DNA of 33,932 nt from Octopus bimaculoides (lineage: Eukaryota), in NCBI RefSeq assembly GCF_001194135.2, contig NC_068988.1, positions 1,405,874 to 1,439,805 on the forward strand, written 5' to 3'. Numbering within the stretch: position 1 is the first letter of the stretch; each line of letters opens with the position of its first letter. The position numbers were made by a program, and so were the translations under genes. The notes beneath the pieces were generated by a model. The model ran no database searches. It worked only from the letters and a program-made list of their open reading frames with translations, and was not told where the DNA came from. This document shows, piece by piece, positions 31,892-33,932 of this stretch.

Positions 31892-32089
31892 NNNNNNNNN
31901 NNNNNNNNNNNNNNNNNNNNNNNNNNNNNNNNNNNNNNNNNNNNNNNNNNNNNNNNNNNNNNNNNNNNNNNNNNNNNNNNNNNNNNNNNNNNNNNNNNNN
32001 NNNNNNNNNNNNNNNNNNNNNNNNNNNNNNNNNNNNNNNNNNNNNNNNNNNNNNNNNNNNNNNNNNNNNNNNNNNNNNNNNNNNNNNNN
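31892..32089. other. Assembly gap (N)
   Basis: Run of N between a (GAT)n tail and (GA)n. Confidence 1.
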
Positions 32090-32112
32090 AGAGAGAGAGA
32101 GAGAGAGAGAGA

Positions 32113-32338
32113 CATGTATATGTGTGTTTGTGTTGTCCCCCACCACCACTTAATAATAGCTGTTGGTGTGTTTATGTCCCCATAACCTAGTGGTTCAGCA
32201 AAAGAGAATGATAGAATAAGTAACAAGCTTAAAAAAAAAAATATTTACTGGGGTCAAATTGTTTCAATTGAAATTCTTCGGTGTGGTGCCCCAGCATGGC
32301 CACGGTCTAATGACTGAAACAAGTAAAAGATAAAAGAG
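32113..32338 (+). mobile_element. 3' body of the composite SINE
   Basis: gttgtcccccacc...gatagaataagta...gccccagcatggccac...gaaacaagtaaaagataaaaga. Confidence 0.8.
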
Positions 32339-32694
32339 AATGATACAGAATGTCTGTGAAATATCCAAAGATATGCAATGCCAAGGCCAAAGCTAAGTTG
32401 ATAATCCACGTCTCTCTTTGCTGTATACCCTCAGCTTAGTCTCTGCTTTTTTTTGCTTGTTTGTTTTTATTATTTGTCAATCTCCTCTTCTGAAAGCTGT
32501 ATTAATCAGATGTTTCACAAAAGATCTACCAAATGTTTCACTGTATAATTGATGCCATTCAATTTAATCATGCTGTGCATGTCGGGGAGCTGTAGGCATC
32601 TTTCCATTCAGCTTTGTCGAGTGCGTGATATTTATGTCACCAAATTAAAGAATCGAGAGTCTTTTTTTTCCTTAGATCAAAGTTGTTTGTTCCA

Positions 32695-32865
32695 GCCTTT
32701 AGCATTCAGATTATTCTATCAAATGTTCTGCATATTTATTCACATTGTTTCCATTTAGTCCTGCATTATCTCATAGCTTTTAGACTTTGATGATTTGGTT
32801 GTTTATTTTGAGAATAGTATTATAAGGTGTGAGATACTGGATCTGGTCAGATGCTAAAGGGTTAA
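32695..32865. mobile_element. MITE with cctttagcat...atgctaaaggg TIRs and right-flank TTAA (piggyBac-like)
   Basis: TIRs directly visible; internal homology to 1677-1882. Confidence 0.7.
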
Positions 32866-33043
32866 CCCCAGATCAGCTCTGATTGAGCAGACCTTTGATC
32901 AAAGATGCTCTAATTGTGACCATCCAGGGTTGTGGAGTGAGAACAAAAAACCTTGACTCCGACTCCTCTGCTATTGGCACCCCCAACTCTGACTCCTCTG
33001 TATGTAAATAATTGTGGTCTATATATCTCATAAAGCATATGTA

Positions 33044-33207
33044 TAGGTGCAGGAGTGGCTGTGTGGTAAGTAGCTTGCTTACCAACCACATGGTTCTGGG
33101 TTCAGTCCCACTGCATGGCACCTTGCACAAGTGGCTCCTACTATAGCCTCGGGCTGACAAAAGCCTTGTGAGTGGATTTGGTAGACGGAAACTGAAAGAA
33201 GCCCGTC

Positions 33208-33270
<63 letters not shown>

Positions 33271-33478
33271 CGTGTATGTATGTATATGTTTGTCCCCCCA
33301 ACATCACTTGACAACCGATGCTGGTGTGTTTACATCCATGTCACATAGCGGTTTGGCAAGAGAGACCAATAGAATAAGTACTGGGCTTACAAAGCATAAG
33401 TCCTGGGGTCGATTTGCTTGGCTAATGGTGGTGCTCCAGCATGGCCACAGTCAAAAGACTGAAACAAATAAAAGAATA
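33044..33478 (+). mobile_element. Composite tRNA-headed SINE (head + (TA)n(TG)n + 3' body)
   Basis: Colinear with 7225-7660. Confidence 0.85.
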
Positions 33479-33537
33479 CGCTTGTACTTTGAGTGGGCCT
33501 ATAGGTTATCACTGGTTTATATTAAAGAATAAAGATA

Positions 33538-33932
33538 TTGCTAGTAGTTAGTGACTTTAGGATCAGAGCTAAGTGGCTGCCAAGAAGACGACCAGCTTGG
33601 AGGAGAAGGGTATGGAAGCTCAAAGATCCTGCAAATGGACAGAGATTTAGAGACCTATTACTCGAAGCCTTTGACGAAATAGAGGGGGATGTAGCTTCAC
33701 ACAATGTAGAGGACAACTGGACTTTTCTACGGGACAACTGGACTTTTCTACGGGACAACCTGCTGAGGGCCACCGACGAGATCTGTGGTTGGTGCAAGGT
33801 CCCTTCTCGACCCAAAATAACGTGGTGGTGGAACAAGGAGGTAGACAGGGCTATTAGACAAAAGAAACAGGCTTGGAAGGACTGGAAGAACGGTGGTAGC
33901 AGGGAATTGTACCAATCTGCCAGAAGGGAAGC
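33538..33932 (+). mobile_element. RTE-clade LINE ORF2 fragment (end of APE endonuclease and linker toward RT); continues beyond the window
   Basis: Stop-free frame LLVVSDFRIRAKWLPRRRPAWRRRVWKLKDP...LLRATDEICGWCK...TWWWNKEVDRAIRQKKQAWKDWKNGGSRELYQSARRE. The WKLK, A..ICG and WWWN.EV..A...K...W motifs are typical of RTE ORF2. Confidence 0.85.

Overview
AT-rich, microsatellite-dense, repeat-dominated eukaryotic DNA with four N gaps. It has no prokaryotic features. The repeat families (tRNA-headed SINEs with internal (TA/TG)n, RTE-clade LINE ends with (GAT)n tails, a Penelope-type hammerhead-like motif) match what I recognise from Octopus, probably an O. bimaculoides-type draft; this is recognition, not a database result. 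I cannot confidently identify any host protein-coding exon. The ORF-track entries are microsatellite, SINE or N-gap artefacts. The only recognisable protein-coding sequence is decayed or partial LINE ORF2: an open RTE linker region at 33538-33932, RTE C-termini near 10626, 15752, 21650 and 28007, and an RTE-X-like end at 21935-22280. The window looks like a large intron or intergenic region. Most interesting: (i) a nested near-perfect RNA hairpin at 17687-17801 that looks like a fold-back of a hammerhead-like motif; (ii) a degenerate minimal hammerhead motif at 6073-6115 (-); (iii) a ~190-bp fold-back element at 15551-15742; (iv) two piggyBac-like MITEs; (v) a motif-dense putative enhancer at 18740-19010; (vi) speculative + strand micro-exons that splice into one open frame. 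Repeat boundaries are approximate.
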